NCBI GenBank assembly: GCA_963662465.1
Contig: OY759599.1
Coordinates: 1,312,001-1,376,000 of the forward strand
Length of the DNA: 64,000 nucleotides
Source: Desulfatiglandales bacterium
GTDB lineage: Bacteria; Desulfobacterota; DSM-4660; Desulfatiglandales; Desulfatiglandaceae
Reading direction: 5' to 3'
Below the pieces are notes generated by a model, which was given only the letters and a program-made list of their open reading frames with translations, was not told the origin of the DNA and did no database searches. Shown here piece by piece: positions 30,767 to 40,697 of the stretch; the first letter of the stretch is position 1, and each line of letters starts with the position of its first letter. Made by a program: the position numbers and the translations under genes.

Positions 30767-30882
30767 TTTTCATGGTAAACCCTCATGACAAGGGTTTTGC
30801 CACTCCCGTGCATGAAAATAACATCTACCGCTTTTAAGCTAACGGCTAACGGCTAACGGCTAACCGCTAATAGCTAACGGCT
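30767..30882. repeat. TTTTCATG...CATGAAAA element plus (GCTAACG)n heptamer array
   Basis: 54-bp inverted-end element at 30767-30820 (related sequence at 36601-36641) and six GCTAAC/TN units at 30838-30882. Confidence 0.65.
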
Positions 30883-31096
30883 GTATTTTCATGGTAAGAA
30901 GCGTGTTGGAGATTAAACGTGAGAAATGGGCAACACGGAGAGCATATACCGATGGCACATGCATTATATAGGCTAACGATCAAACCAAACAAAAAACATG
31001 ACACGAACTCACCGGGAACGTCTTGTCAAAAACGGCTTCATCATAGCCCGCTATTGTTTATGTCACTCCTCGCTATTCAAGATAATGACCCCATAT

Positions 31097-32272
31097 TCAC
31101 TTCCCGCGGGGCAGCATAAAAACGAACGGAACACCCAGGAAACCAAGCAGGCAGCTGATCAGGTATGTGTTGCGCAGTCCGATGATATCCCCCACGAAAC
31201 CCACCAGCACCACAATGGCGGAACGTGCCATAAAGGATATCATCATAAAAATACCGTTGGCGGCAGCCGGGTTTTCGCCGGCATGTTCCTGCACCATGGC
31301 CAGCATTACCGGTGTCGTTGAAAGCAGGGTGAGCCCGGTCAGAAGAAGAGCCGCAAACCGGAGCGGGCTGCCAAGCAGGATAAACAGGAGCAGACTGACC
31401 GGTGCGGCAAAAAGCGTGAAAAAAAGGACCCGGCGCCGGCCAAAATAATCGCTCACGGATCCTGAAAAGAAGACCCCAAGAACCCCGGCGCTCTGGAAAA
31501 GGGTCAGGGCCAGGCCTCCAAACCAGAGGCTGCCTGTTTCCGACGTCATGAAAGTGGGAAGGAAGGTACTCATGGCGGCATGCATAAACCCTCTTGCAAA
31601 GAGAATGGCGGTTAAAGGGCCCAGCACCGAACGGGTTTCACGCCAGGTCTTTCCGATGGAACCCTGATGCTTTTTCCGGGTATTTTCCATGGGGACGTCT
31701 CTAAAATTGAAAAAGAGCCATATTGAAGCGAGTACGCCGAAAAGCATCACAGGATAAAAATTTTCCAGTCCGACCAGTGAAACGGCGCCGACGGCAGACA
31801 GCGGCCCGATGGTTCTGGCCATTTCGCCCCCTGTCATGTAGAAACTCATGCCTTTGCCAACCTTGTTTCCGGAGACCTGTGATATCAGGACCGGCGCCGG
31901 CACATGAAAAATGGCCACGCTGATCCCCGTAAGAAACAGCAAAATCAGCAGAACGGTATAGGTGGGCGCCAGGCCGATGAGACTCATGGGTATGGCGGTC
32001 AGCGCAGGTGCGGCAATAATGAAATATCGGACGCTGATTCTGTCGGCCAGAATTCCGATGTAGGGGTTCAGAAGAGAGGGAATCTGAAGGATGGTTGAAA
32101 GAAAGCCCGCCTGAGCAAGAGACATGGAGAGTTTCTGTATCAGAAGGGGAAGAAGGGGAGACAGAAAGCTGGTGTAAATATCGTTGATAAAATGCGAGAG
32201 GGAAAGACCGACAACCCTTCCCGTCTGAAATGATCCATCTCTTTTTTGCGCCACGCCGCCATACCTCCTCAA
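31097..32272 (-). CDS. MFS transporter (Fsr-like)
   Basis: HFINDIY..PLLP, AIFHVPA and GSVSDYFGRR; about 12 hydrophobic segments. Confidence 0.88.
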   Translation of the reverse strand: MRRYGGVAQKRDGSFQTGRVVGLSLSHFINDIYTSFLSPLLPLLIQKLSMSLAQAGFLSTILQIPSLLNPYIGILADRISVRYFIIAAPALTAIPMSLIGLAPTYTVLLILLFLTGISVAIFHVPAPVLISQVSGNKVGKGMSFYMTGGEMARTIGPLSAVGAVSLVGLENFYPVMLFGVLASIWLFFNFRDVPMENTRKKHQGSIGKTWRETRSVLGPLTAILFARGFMHAAMSTFLPTFMTSETGSLWFGGLALTLFQSAGVLGVFFSGSVSDYFGRRRVLFFTLFAAPVSLLLFILLGSPLRFAALLLTGLTLLSTTPVMLAMVQEHAGENPAAANGIFMMISFMARSAIVVLVGFVGDIIGLRNTYLISCLLGFLGVPFVFMLPRGK

Positions 32273-32601
32273 TGAAGCTTCGCGGGCATAGTAGTACCGG
32301 CATAAACCTCCGTCAAGGGTCAGAAAAGCAAAATGAATTTAATTGTCTAAAGCGGCAAGCCGCAGTTTTAAGTTTTACGTTTTAAGCTCAGATGATCGAA
32401 AGTTTCTTGTTTTTTATGACAGAAAACCTGAGAATAAGGGCCTAAAATGTCATTCAAAGTACTTTGAATTCAAACGCAACCCGGATATAATCAAATCCGC
32501 GTTTTTGAGCATGGCAACCCGGGCATATCGTTTGGATCCCTGGTGTTTTTTTAAAGATAAGCGAGTGTGTTGATGAAAGATATTCAAAGACGGTATTTGC
32601 A

Positions 32602-33132
32602 ATGAGAGGTCATCCCGAAGAACCTCCCTGGAAGGATGCCTCTTCCTGGAGTGAGGCAAACCAAACACTTTCTTTTCTCATTGATCGATACGGCAATCAT
32701 CTCCACGAGACCGTAAATTTTGCGGGGAATGTGAAGCGGAAGATGGTTTCCCTGTTCCCCCTGCTGGATGACCTGTGCAGGGCAACCTGCACTTATTGTC
32801 CGGATCCGTGTTGTTTTTCAGCGTATGCCTGGTTTGATTTCAAAGATCTTCTCTTTGCGCGCTTAAATGGTTTGGCGATTCCACCGGCCCAACTCATGAC
32901 GGATCGGAAAATGATTTGCCGCTATCTTGGCGCCAGGGGATGCACCCTTGAAAGAATCTCCCGCCCCTGGATTTGTACCTGGTACCTTTGTCCCACGCAG
33001 ACAAGCGTGTTACGGGGGGATGTCAGCAGTGGGAAAAAGAGGCTTTTCATTGAAACAACAACAGAAATCAGGCGTGATCGCAAAGAAATGGAAACGGCAT
33101 TTATTAACGAAACACGGACGGCCCAGCGGTAA
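32602..33132 (+). CDS. Cys-rich hypothetical protein (YkgJ-like metal cluster)
   Basis: CTYCPDPCC, CRYLGARGCTL and RPWICTWYLC. Confidence 0.65.
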   Translation: MRGHPEEPPWKDASSWSEANQTLSFLIDRYGNHLHETVNFAGNVKRKMVSLFPLLDDLCRATCTYCPDPCCFSAYAWFDFKDLLFARLNGLAIPPAQLMTDRKMICRYLGARGCTLERISRPWICTWYLCPTQTSVLRGDVSSGKKRLFIETTTEIRRDRKEMETAFINETRTAQR

Positions 33133-33140
33133 CAGGGCAA

Positions 33141-33798
33141 AATGGTGAGACCTGTTTGGTCAACCCGGAATTTGAACAAGGCGAACCGCTTGTTCCGTTC
33201 TTTGCCCGGGAAAGAAGCCAAAGTTCTTCTTTCTGATATTTTTCCGCCACGTTAGCAAGGGGTTTCCAGAAGGCTTTGGGTTTGTTTTTCCTGGCGCCTG
33301 CCTGAATTATTTGGGTTTTCCACTGTGGGTGTGTAAAAAAATACATCTTTGGCATATCTATTGCTGGTCGTCGCAACTTGATGAATGCGAACCTTTTTCG
33401 ACACTTCTTTTTTCAGGCGCACGAAAGCCGTCGCCTGATTTGATTCTCAACATACCCGTTTTTTTAATGGGCTGGAAATTTGTTGGAAAAAGGTTTTTTT
33501 TACAGCATTGTCGGCACGGGGGCCTTTACAATGGCCGTGGAATGGGTGCATTACCCGGTCCCGATTCAGGACCCCGTGCTATGTGCGGTCTTTATACGGT
33601 GATTACATTCCGGGAACTGGCGACCCTGAAACGAATGATTGGGACCTATGATCCCAATGCTTTTATTGTGGTGAGCGATACCCTTGAGGTGATGGGTCAG
33701 CGGATTGGAAACCAGCCGCACTGGTAGGAACGTTGACAGGGTCGCGGAAAGTCTTGATTCGCATCTGTGCGACGTCTAGTGATTATCCATGTATCCGA
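33141..33798 (+). pseudogene. Deleted duplicate of the yitT module (16471-17802)
   Basis: High identity to copy 1 with two internal deletions (junctions near 33440 and 33593). Confidence 0.85.
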
Positions 33799-34015
33799 TG
33801 GCTTTTGTTGCCATGGACCTGATGTTGTATTTCTTATTACTAATGAATGCAAAATTTTCCACTGCTGCCGCGACGAGGGCGCAACTTTCCTTTGCCGGAG
33901 AATACGTTTTTATATGCATGCAAAATACTTGCGCATTGATGATTCTTGCTTTAAGATGAAGAGAATAAACCACACATTCCTTTGCGTGGAACGGATTAAT
34001 TTCCCTGAGATTTAC

Positions 34016-35065
34016 ATGACTGTCAGAACCCGATACATGATTGCCGCGGCCCTGCTGCTGTTGCTGATGGCGGGGCCGTTCGCGGCCGGCGCCATTGTCG
34101 CGTGGACCGAAGCCACGCTGGATCACCGTGCCATATTTACCCATTATTTTCACCGGATCATGCCGCTTGGGGCAGGGCTGACGGTGCTGGCCCTTCTGTT
34201 CGGTTTTTTGATTCTCAACCGCCTTTTCAGGCAATATGTAACCGGGATGGCGGCAACGGTTGAACGTCTGACGGTGATGCTGGTGAGCAACCGGGACCTT
34301 CGTCTTGAAGAACAGGGGCCACCGGAGCTGCGTCAAGTGATTTCAGCAATGAACCGCCTGGCCGACCAGCGTGATCATAAAATTGACGAGATCGAGAAAC
34401 AGATTGCCGAACAGCAGTCCATGTATGCGGCCATATGCGAGCGTTCCAGGTCGGGGATCGATCTTGACCGGCCCTTGAGCACGCTGGTCTATACCGCGTT
34501 TGACACCGAGACCACCGGTCTTCAGCCGAGCGGGGGGGATGAAATCATCCAGATTGGTGCACTCAGGGTTGCAAATGGCGCCCTTTGTTCGGAGAAAAAA
34601 TTTGAAAAGCTGATCGATCCCGGACGTCCCATTCATCCTGAAAGTCTGGCGGTTCACGGTATCTCAGATGCCATGGTCAGGGGGAAGCCCGAGATCGGGA
34701 CCGTATTGCCGGATTTCCACCGTTTCTGCGAACAATCCGTCCTGCTGGGGCATAATATCGCCTTTGATATGCGTTTCCTCCAAATCAAAGAGCGGACAAC
34801 CGGCGTTGTTTTCTCACAGCCGGTACTGGATACACTGCTGTTGTCGGCTGTCGCTTACCCGAACCAGGAACATCACAGCCTGGAATCGAGCATGGCCCTG
34901 CTGGGAGTCAGTATCGAGCAACGGCACAACGCGTTTTCAGATGCCGCGGCAACGGCACAAGTTTTTCTGAAACTGCTTCCCCTGCTGGCCGAGCGGGGCA
35001 TCATCACGCTGGGTCAGGCCATTGAAGCTTCAAAAAAAACGCCCTATGCCCGCTTGAAGTATTAG
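34016..35065 (+). CDS. Membrane-anchored DnaQ/DEDDh 3'-5' exonuclease-domain protein
   Basis: Two TM segments, HAMP-like linker, FDTETTG, GHNIAFD and RHNAFSDA. Confidence 0.85.
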   Translation: MTVRTRYMIAAALLLLLMAGPFAAGAIVAWTEATLDHRAIFTHYFHRIMPLGAGLTVLALLFGFLILNRLFRQYVTGMAATVERLTVMLVSNRDLRLEEQGPPELRQVISAMNRLADQRDHKIDEIEKQIAEQQSMYAAICERSRSGIDLDRPLSTLVYTAFDTETTGLQPSGGDEIIQIGALRVANGALCSEKKFEKLIDPGRPIHPESLAVHGISDAMVRGKPEIGTVLPDFHRFCEQSVLLGHNIAFDMRFLQIKERTTGVVFSQPVLDTLLLSAVAYPNQEHHSLESSMALLGVSIEQRHNAFSDAAATAQVFLKLLPLLAERGIITLGQAIEASKKTPYARLKY

Positions 35066-35448
35066 CTGGTGATTGGAGGTCAAGTCTTTGATTGACCTCT
35101 CTTTTGGAATTTCAGAAGTTCAGGGGAAAAATGATAGAACTCATACAAAATGTTAAAGGGAAAAATAAATTCAAAGATTCGGAATGCCATGATAGGCTAT
35201 CACTACTTGATGCGATTGGGACACTTTCTCAATAAACAACCCATATCATGATGTTATCAAAATAGTCCTGTACCGGTTCAGCTATCTGGATGGAAAAGTT
35301 GCCTGCTGCACACAGCAGAACAAATTTCGCGCTATTCATGCTTCGGCACTGGTTCTTTTCACATATCATTTGACATTTGAAAATTTCATGATATTTTCAA
35401 GTATAACTTCAAAAAAACGCCAACACCCCCCTATGAATAAGGCTTCCC

Positions 35449-36597
35449 ATGTTCGAACGCAAATTAATGCTTCCACCACCATCCACCGAAACTTTCTTTT
35501 TATGGGGGCCCCGACAAACGGGAAAGTCCACACTGTTGCACCGCTATTACCCCGAGGCCATCTGGCTTGACCTGCTTAAAGCGGAAGAGTTTCGGCGTTA
35601 CATGTCACATCCGGAATCTTTACGCGGTGAGCTTCCCGATTCAGGAAAAAACCCCTTTGTGGTTATCGACGAAATCCAGAAGGTCCCTCAACTTTTAGAT
35701 GAGGTTCACTGGCTTCATGAAAACCGAAAATTTCATTTCGCCCTTTGTGGATCCAGTGCCAGGAAAGTGAGACGAGGACATGCCAATCTTTTGGGTGGGC
35801 GGGCATTGCGCTACGAACTTTGTGGGTTAAGCGCGGCTGAACTGGGGGATAAAACGGATCTGGTCAGATTGCTCAACCACGGCTATCTTCCCCGTATTTA
35901 CACATCAACAAAGCCTCAGAGACTTCTGCACGCCTACGTGGCCGACTACCTTAAAGAAGAAATCGCAGCCGAAGGGCTGGTACGGAATCTACCGGTTTTC
36001 TCCGACTTCCTCAACATGGCCGCCCTCTCCGACAGTGAGCCGGTCAATTATTCCACCATCGCCAGAGATTGTGGTGTTTCCAGCCAAACCATAAAACAAT
36101 ACTTTCAAATCCTTGAAGACACGCTTCTGGGCCGCTGGTTGCCGAGCTACCGCAAAAGACCCAAACGAAGGGTCAGCGTGGCGCCAAAATTCTATTTTGC
36201 GGATGTGGGAGTCGTGAATATTTTAGCGCGCCGGGGGGAGTTGCAACCCGGCTCTGAACTATTCGGCAAGGCTTTCGAAAACTGGTGTTACCATGAATTG
36301 CACACCTATAATCAATACGAAGAAAGGTTTGCACAACTCAGTTACTGGCGTTTGGCGGGCGGGACTGAAGTTGATTTCATTGTCAACGATATGGAAATCG
36401 CCATTGAGGTCAAAGCGGTAAGCCGGATCTCGGGACATCACCTCAAGGGATTGCGCTCAATTATCAACGATCATCCGCTGATTAAAAGAAGGATCATGGT
36501 CTGTATTGAAGATAAAACCAGAAAAACCAATGACGGCATTCAAATCATGCCCGCAACCGTCTTCGTAAAAAACCTGTGGCAGGGGGATCTTTTCTAA
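35449..36597 (+). CDS. AAA+ ATPase with DUF4143 domain
   Basis: GPRQTGKST, IDEIQ, GSS, PKFYFADVG and EVDF..IEVK. Confidence 0.9.
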   Translation: MFERKLMLPPPSTETFFLWGPRQTGKSTLLHRYYPEAIWLDLLKAEEFRRYMSHPESLRGELPDSGKNPFVVIDEIQKVPQLLDEVHWLHENRKFHFALCGSSARKVRRGHANLLGGRALRYELCGLSAAELGDKTDLVRLLNHGYLPRIYTSTKPQRLLHAYVADYLKEEIAAEGLVRNLPVFSDFLNMAALSDSEPVNYSTIARDCGVSSQTIKQYFQILEDTLLGRWLPSYRKRPKRRVSVAPKFYFADVGVVNILARRGELQPGSELFGKAFENWCYHELHTYNQYEERFAQLSYWRLAGGTEVDFIVNDMEIAIEVKAVSRISGHHLKGLRSIINDHPLIKRRIMVCIEDKTRKTNDGIQIMPATVFVKNLWQGDLF

Positions 36598-36731
36598 ACG
36601 CTCATGAATTATGCGGGCATTCACCCCCGCACATGAAAATGATTACATAAAAAAGCACCCGGACCCCCGCAAACAGCGCGGGTCCGGTGAGCCGGAGCGT
36701 TCGCTTTTTCCTGTCTGCTCAAACAGTTTCA

Positions 36732-36760
36732 TTGACTTTCAGCGCATTGGACCCTATTAT
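36732..36760 (+). promoter_or_regulatory. sigma70 promoter of the MazF-type TA operon
   Basis: TTGACT-17-TATTAT. Confidence 0.6.
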
Positions 36761-36806
36761 AGGCCTATAAATAAAGGCCCAATATAAGGACTTAAAGGGA
36801 GGCTGC

Positions 36807-37040
36807 ATGTTACAGGCAAAATTCAGCGTTGAAGAATCGCAAGTCCAGTTTTTGAATAATTTTACAGTTTATGGATTTAAGGATAAAAGCGCTATGCTTC
36901 GTGAGGCTATAGAGCATTTCAAGAAAGAAATGGAACTTGAAAGTCTAAGAAAATCCGCTGAGCTATATTCTGAAATTTATTCTGAAGATGATGATTTAAA
37001 AGAATTGACCGAAACTGCATTAAACGGATGGCCGAAATGA
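36807..37040 (+). CDS. Antitoxin (RHH-like)
   Basis: 77 aa, KSAMLREAI, acidic C-terminus; stop overlaps the toxin start. Confidence 0.75.
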   Translation: MLQAKFSVEESQVQFLNNFTVYGFKDKSAMLREAIEHFKKEMELESLRKSAELYSEIYSEDDDLKELTETALNGWPK

Positions 37041-37396
37041 TAGTGCTCAAAAGAGGTATGGTTATTGACGTCAATCTTGATCCGACAAAAGGTTCAGAAA
37101 CTGGAAAAATTAGACCCTGTGTGGTTGTGACTAACGATATTTATAATGAAAGAGTTCCTGTTATCCAGGTTGTTCCAATTACTGAATGGCGTGCAAAAAA
37201 AGCGCGAATAAAAACCAATGTTGAAATTTATCCGTCATCCGATAATGGTCTATCGAAAAAATCCGTAGCAGACTGTTTGCAGACACGTCCAATAGATCAT
37301 CGTCATAGGCTGGTTAAAATTCGAGGAAGATTGTCAATAAACACCGTACAGGAAATTAACCAGTCTTTAAGGGTTGTATTTGAACTTAATTCATAG
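37037..37396 (+). CDS. mazF: PemK/MazF family toxin
   Basis: LDPTKGSETGKIRPCVVVTND and VVPIT; ATGA overlap (alternative start 37028). Confidence 0.9.
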   Translation: MIVLKRGMVIDVNLDPTKGSETGKIRPCVVVTNDIYNERVPVIQVVPITEWRAKKARIKTNVEIYPSSDNGLSKKSVADCLQTRPIDHRHRLVKIRGRLSINTVQEINQSLRVVFELNS

Positions 37397-37848
37397 CCCA
37401 AAATACCCAGAGGCTAACCCATAAGTGAATGCCATTTCATCATCTGGGCCCCGTCAGCCAAAGTAGTATTCATGCAGGTTTATAAAGGTCCAAAACATCG
37501 ATTCAGATCTTCCACCCTTAAATACGACCATAAACGACATAAGGGATGTTCGGCAGTTCAACAAAATGCGCGAGATATTCCCCATCGCCGTCCAAAAACA
37601 CATTGATGGTGTACCCCATCGAATGGATCAAACCTTTTCATTTTTAGTCTCCTCATATTGCACCGGAAATTGCTTTACCTGGTAGCCCTTTGCCTTTCCA
37701 CTCCTGCCTTCCCGGATGGGAAGCCGGCTCCGTTTTGGGGAATACCTGTTTTTTTGTCTTGGCCCGGACTGGCCGGACTGCGACTGCTTACTCCCGAACA
37801 GATGGAGAGCGGGTTTTGTATATATGATGTTTACCCCCGGTATGAATT

Positions 37849-38265
37849 TCAAACGGAAGTCTCAGAGGGATTGGCTTGAATCACATTATGTGCAGCATGT
37901 ACAAGAAATGCGGATCGTGACATACCCCTTTTTTTTGCGGCGGCATCGATCTGCCTGAGCGTCATTTCGGGCAGGGTAATATTGACACGGACGGTTCGGG
38001 GGTTCGACTCTGGACCCGTAACAACAAGGAAAGCGGTGGCATCCGCATAGTCGGGATCGTTCATAATTTCTTCAAGTTTAGAAGAAAATGGCAATTTATC
38101 ACCGTCTTCGAACATTCCCTGAATATGAAAGGTGAGGGCCTCCTCGGCCATATCCTTTGCTTCATCGATGTTTTTCCCAGCGGTAATGCAACCGGGAAAA
38201 TCAGGAAATGAAACGCTGAAATCGCTTTTGGCATCTTTGTGAACGACGGCGATATAATTTGACAT
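37849..38265 (-). CDS. hicB: HicB antitoxin, copy 2
   Basis: Near-identical to 27907-28323. Confidence 0.9.
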   Translation of the reverse strand: MSNYIAVVHKDAKSDFSVSFPDFPGCITAGKNIDEAKDMAEEALTFHIQGMFEDGDKLPFSSKLEEIMNDPDYADATAFLVVTGPESNPRTVRVNITLPEMTLRQIDAAAKKRGMSRSAFLVHAAHNVIQANPSETSV

Positions 38266-38274
38266 GGGAAAACC

Positions 38275-38463
38275 TCAATTGAACTTGATACCCGATTGGC
38301 GTTCGATACTCTTCAATGTGCCAATGTGTATGTCCTTTTTTGGATGTGGAACCGTTACGCGCCCCTTCATATCAGGATGTCGAAATTGGGTGTGAGAACC
38401 GGATGTCGCGACTTTAATCCATCCGTTTTGTTTGAGAATTTTGATTATTGTTCGACTATCCAT
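38275..38463 (-). CDS. hicA: HicA toxin
   Basis: GSHTQFRHP..VTVPHPKKD..GTLKSI. Confidence 0.92.
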   Translation of the reverse strand: MDSRTIIKILKQNGWIKVATSGSHTQFRHPDMKGRVTVPHPKKDIHIGTLKSIERQSGIKFN

Positions 38464-38465
38464 GA

Positions 38466-38500
38466 TGTGTAATAATACACACTTTAGAATGATCTGTCAA
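38466..38500 (-). promoter_or_regulatory. hicAB promoter/operator, probably leaderless transcript
   Basis: TTGACA-17-TATTAT, 8 nt before the ATG; palindrome TGTGTA-N4-TACACA over the -10 box. Confidence 0.7.
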
Positions 38501-38954
38501 TTCTGAGGAACAGGGGCAGACCTGTGTGTCGACATGCCTGGACAAGCTTGAATCGATGCGCCGGCGGTTCTCCACCATCCCTCTTTCCGCCCTCCCTTTT
38601 TCCTTCCTTCCGCCGAACAGCGAAAAAAATCGCATGAAATAAAAAATCCTGACCGGTAAAAAAAAATAAATCACTGAAATTTCGAAACAAATTTCAAAAC
38701 AATAGATATAAATTATATGGTTTTCTATGATGTTTACTCATGGTTTAAAGATTTGACATCCGCAATGATTTCGGGTTAGTTTATCCAACTGTTCCGTCCC
38801 CTTGTTATTACCTGGCCGCTCTGCGTCCATCTTTCTTCAGGTTTACCCGGTCCTGGATTTGCGTTACCTGTTTCAGTTGCTGTGAATTCACGGGAGTAAA
38901 GTGGGGATTCTCCCGTTCCAATGCGCCGTATGGGAATTGAAAAGTAGGCCGATC

Positions 38955-40052
38955 ATGGACATATATTGCATAAAATGCTTTACGATCATTCGGTTTGAAG
39001 GTGCGATTGCCCCGACCGGTTCAAAAGTGAAATGCTCCGGGTGCGGGTCAACGTTTACGATCTATCCTTCAAAAACCGTTATAAGCGACTTTTGGGCCTA
39101 TGTGATTGTCAATTCTGATATTTCGGTAAGGGCTTGTTCAATGATTCGGAGTCATGTCCGTGATGTGGATGTTTTCTTGCGATCATCTCGGGAGGATTTC
39201 CTTGGATTACGGAACTGTGGTCTCAAAACAGCCAATGAATTGATCCGATTTCAGCGTGAACTGCGGAAAAAACTGGGTTACGGCACGGAGAAAAATGATT
39301 CTGAAGACGAAATCAGTGAAACCCATAAAAAGGCCGTTATCGCGTTTCTTTCAAGAGACAAATTCTTCAAGGAGGTTTTTGATTCCCAATTATCACATCC
39401 TTTTTTCGAACCGCTGCGACGCCGCGGAATTGATACCCTCGAAAAAATTCTGGTTTTGAGATATGAAGATGCGCTTCGAATTAAGCACGTTGGGGGTAAT
39501 ACCTTGCGGTTGTTTCGGGGGCTTCAAGAGATCTGCTCTGAAATTGTAACGATCCTTGCCGATTCGGAAGCGCTTTGTTTCAAAGATTTCAAATGGGTGG
39601 TGAGTCAGGATCAAACGATTCGGGATGTTCTTTCCTGTGGAAAAAACATTGATGTGGATGCCCCTTTTTCTTCCCTGTCTAAATGGGTGTTGGAAAACAG
39701 CTGGGGTTCTGAACGAAACAGGGATGTATTCATGTGCCGAATGGGGATGTTGGGTGGGCCGGGGATGACGTATGATAATATCGGTATACGGTATGATATT
39801 ACACTGGAGCGCGTCCGGCATATTGTCATAAAAATACAACTAAACGGACGACATCCTCTCCAGAGAATAAGGCTTGATCCATTGATCGCCAAAGCCGTCG
39901 ACATTGTGAAAGCCGGCGGAGGAAAAACCGGGCTTTCTGAATTAACCGAAAGATTGCTGAATTGTGGACCTCAAGGCGAGCTCCTGAAACATGCGGAACG
40001 ATTTGTTGAATATCTGAAATCCTTCCCTGAATGGGAAGAAGCCATGGGATGA
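38955..40052 (+). CDS. Zn-ribbon / 2x alpha-CTD-like / sigma4 protein, copy 2
   Basis: Colinear but more diverged paralogue of 22597; LERVRHI HTH. Confidence 0.75.
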   Translation: MDIYCIKCFTIIRFEGAIAPTGSKVKCSGCGSTFTIYPSKTVISDFWAYVIVNSDISVRACSMIRSHVRDVDVFLRSSREDFLGLRNCGLKTANELIRFQRELRKKLGYGTEKNDSEDEISETHKKAVIAFLSRDKFFKEVFDSQLSHPFFEPLRRRGIDTLEKILVLRYEDALRIKHVGGNTLRLFRGLQEICSEIVTILADSEALCFKDFKWVVSQDQTIRDVLSCGKNIDVDAPFSSLSKWVLENSWGSERNRDVFMCRMGMLGGPGMTYDNIGIRYDITLERVRHIVIKIQLNGRHPLQRIRLDPLIAKAVDIVKAGGGKTGLSELTERLLNCGPQGELLKHAERFVEYLKSFPEWEEAMG

Positions 40053-40136
40053 TAAAGACCCGTGACGTCTGGAGGTTCTGAGGGTGTTTTTTTTGCGTCA
40101 ACATTGGCTTATTTTCACAATGACAGGAGGGGCGAA

Positions 40137-40288
40137 TGGGACGTACGTCAGATTATAAGTTAATCATTCATTGCATGATATTAAGCAAACATACCGCACA
40201 AAACTCGCATGGAGTAGCACAGAAGGCTGCCAATTGTGGGGAAAGAACCAAAGGCCTTTCGGAAACTTATAATCTGACGAACGTCCCC
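40137..40288. mobile_element. 152-bp non-autonomous derivative of the RAYT element
   Basis: Ends TGGGACGTACGTCAGATTATAAGTT and AACTTATAATCTGACGAACGTCCCC (23/25 inverted match), the same as the ends of 44810-45888. Confidence 0.8.
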
Positions 40289-40646
40289 AAGGTTCCCCAC
40301 GGCATCACCGTGTCCCTGCTGGCCTTTGGGGTCTTCTACATTCGACGCTTTGGCCTCCTTTACGTGGGGCTTGGACTGTACACCCTGTTCATTTACATGT
40401 TCGGGACCATTGTGGCAAATGGCCGATCCCTTTAATGGCTTTAACCACCAATTCAAAAGAAAAGAAGTATGTGATTGACAGAATTCAGCCTTTGAATAAC
40501 TCTGATTCTTCTACGGGACCGAAAAAAGGCCGGTGCAAGGGGCATTGCCCAAGTCCTGGGGCTGACGTCGCGTGCCGTTGAAAAACATAATATAGGTATG
40601 CAATTCAAGGATGACGCTTTGGTATTGCATTGACAATATTACGATC

Positions 40647-40690
40647 TAACCCAATATTGTCTTGACAATATTGGGTTACGCTTTTATATT
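40647..40690 (+). promoter_or_regulatory. Perfect 15-bp inverted repeat overlapping a sigma70 promoter
   Basis: TAACCCAATATTGTC-TT-GACAATATTGGGTTA; TTGACA(40662)-17-TATATT, 7 nt before ATG 40698. Confidence 0.65.
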
Positions 40691-40697
40691 GTCGAAT

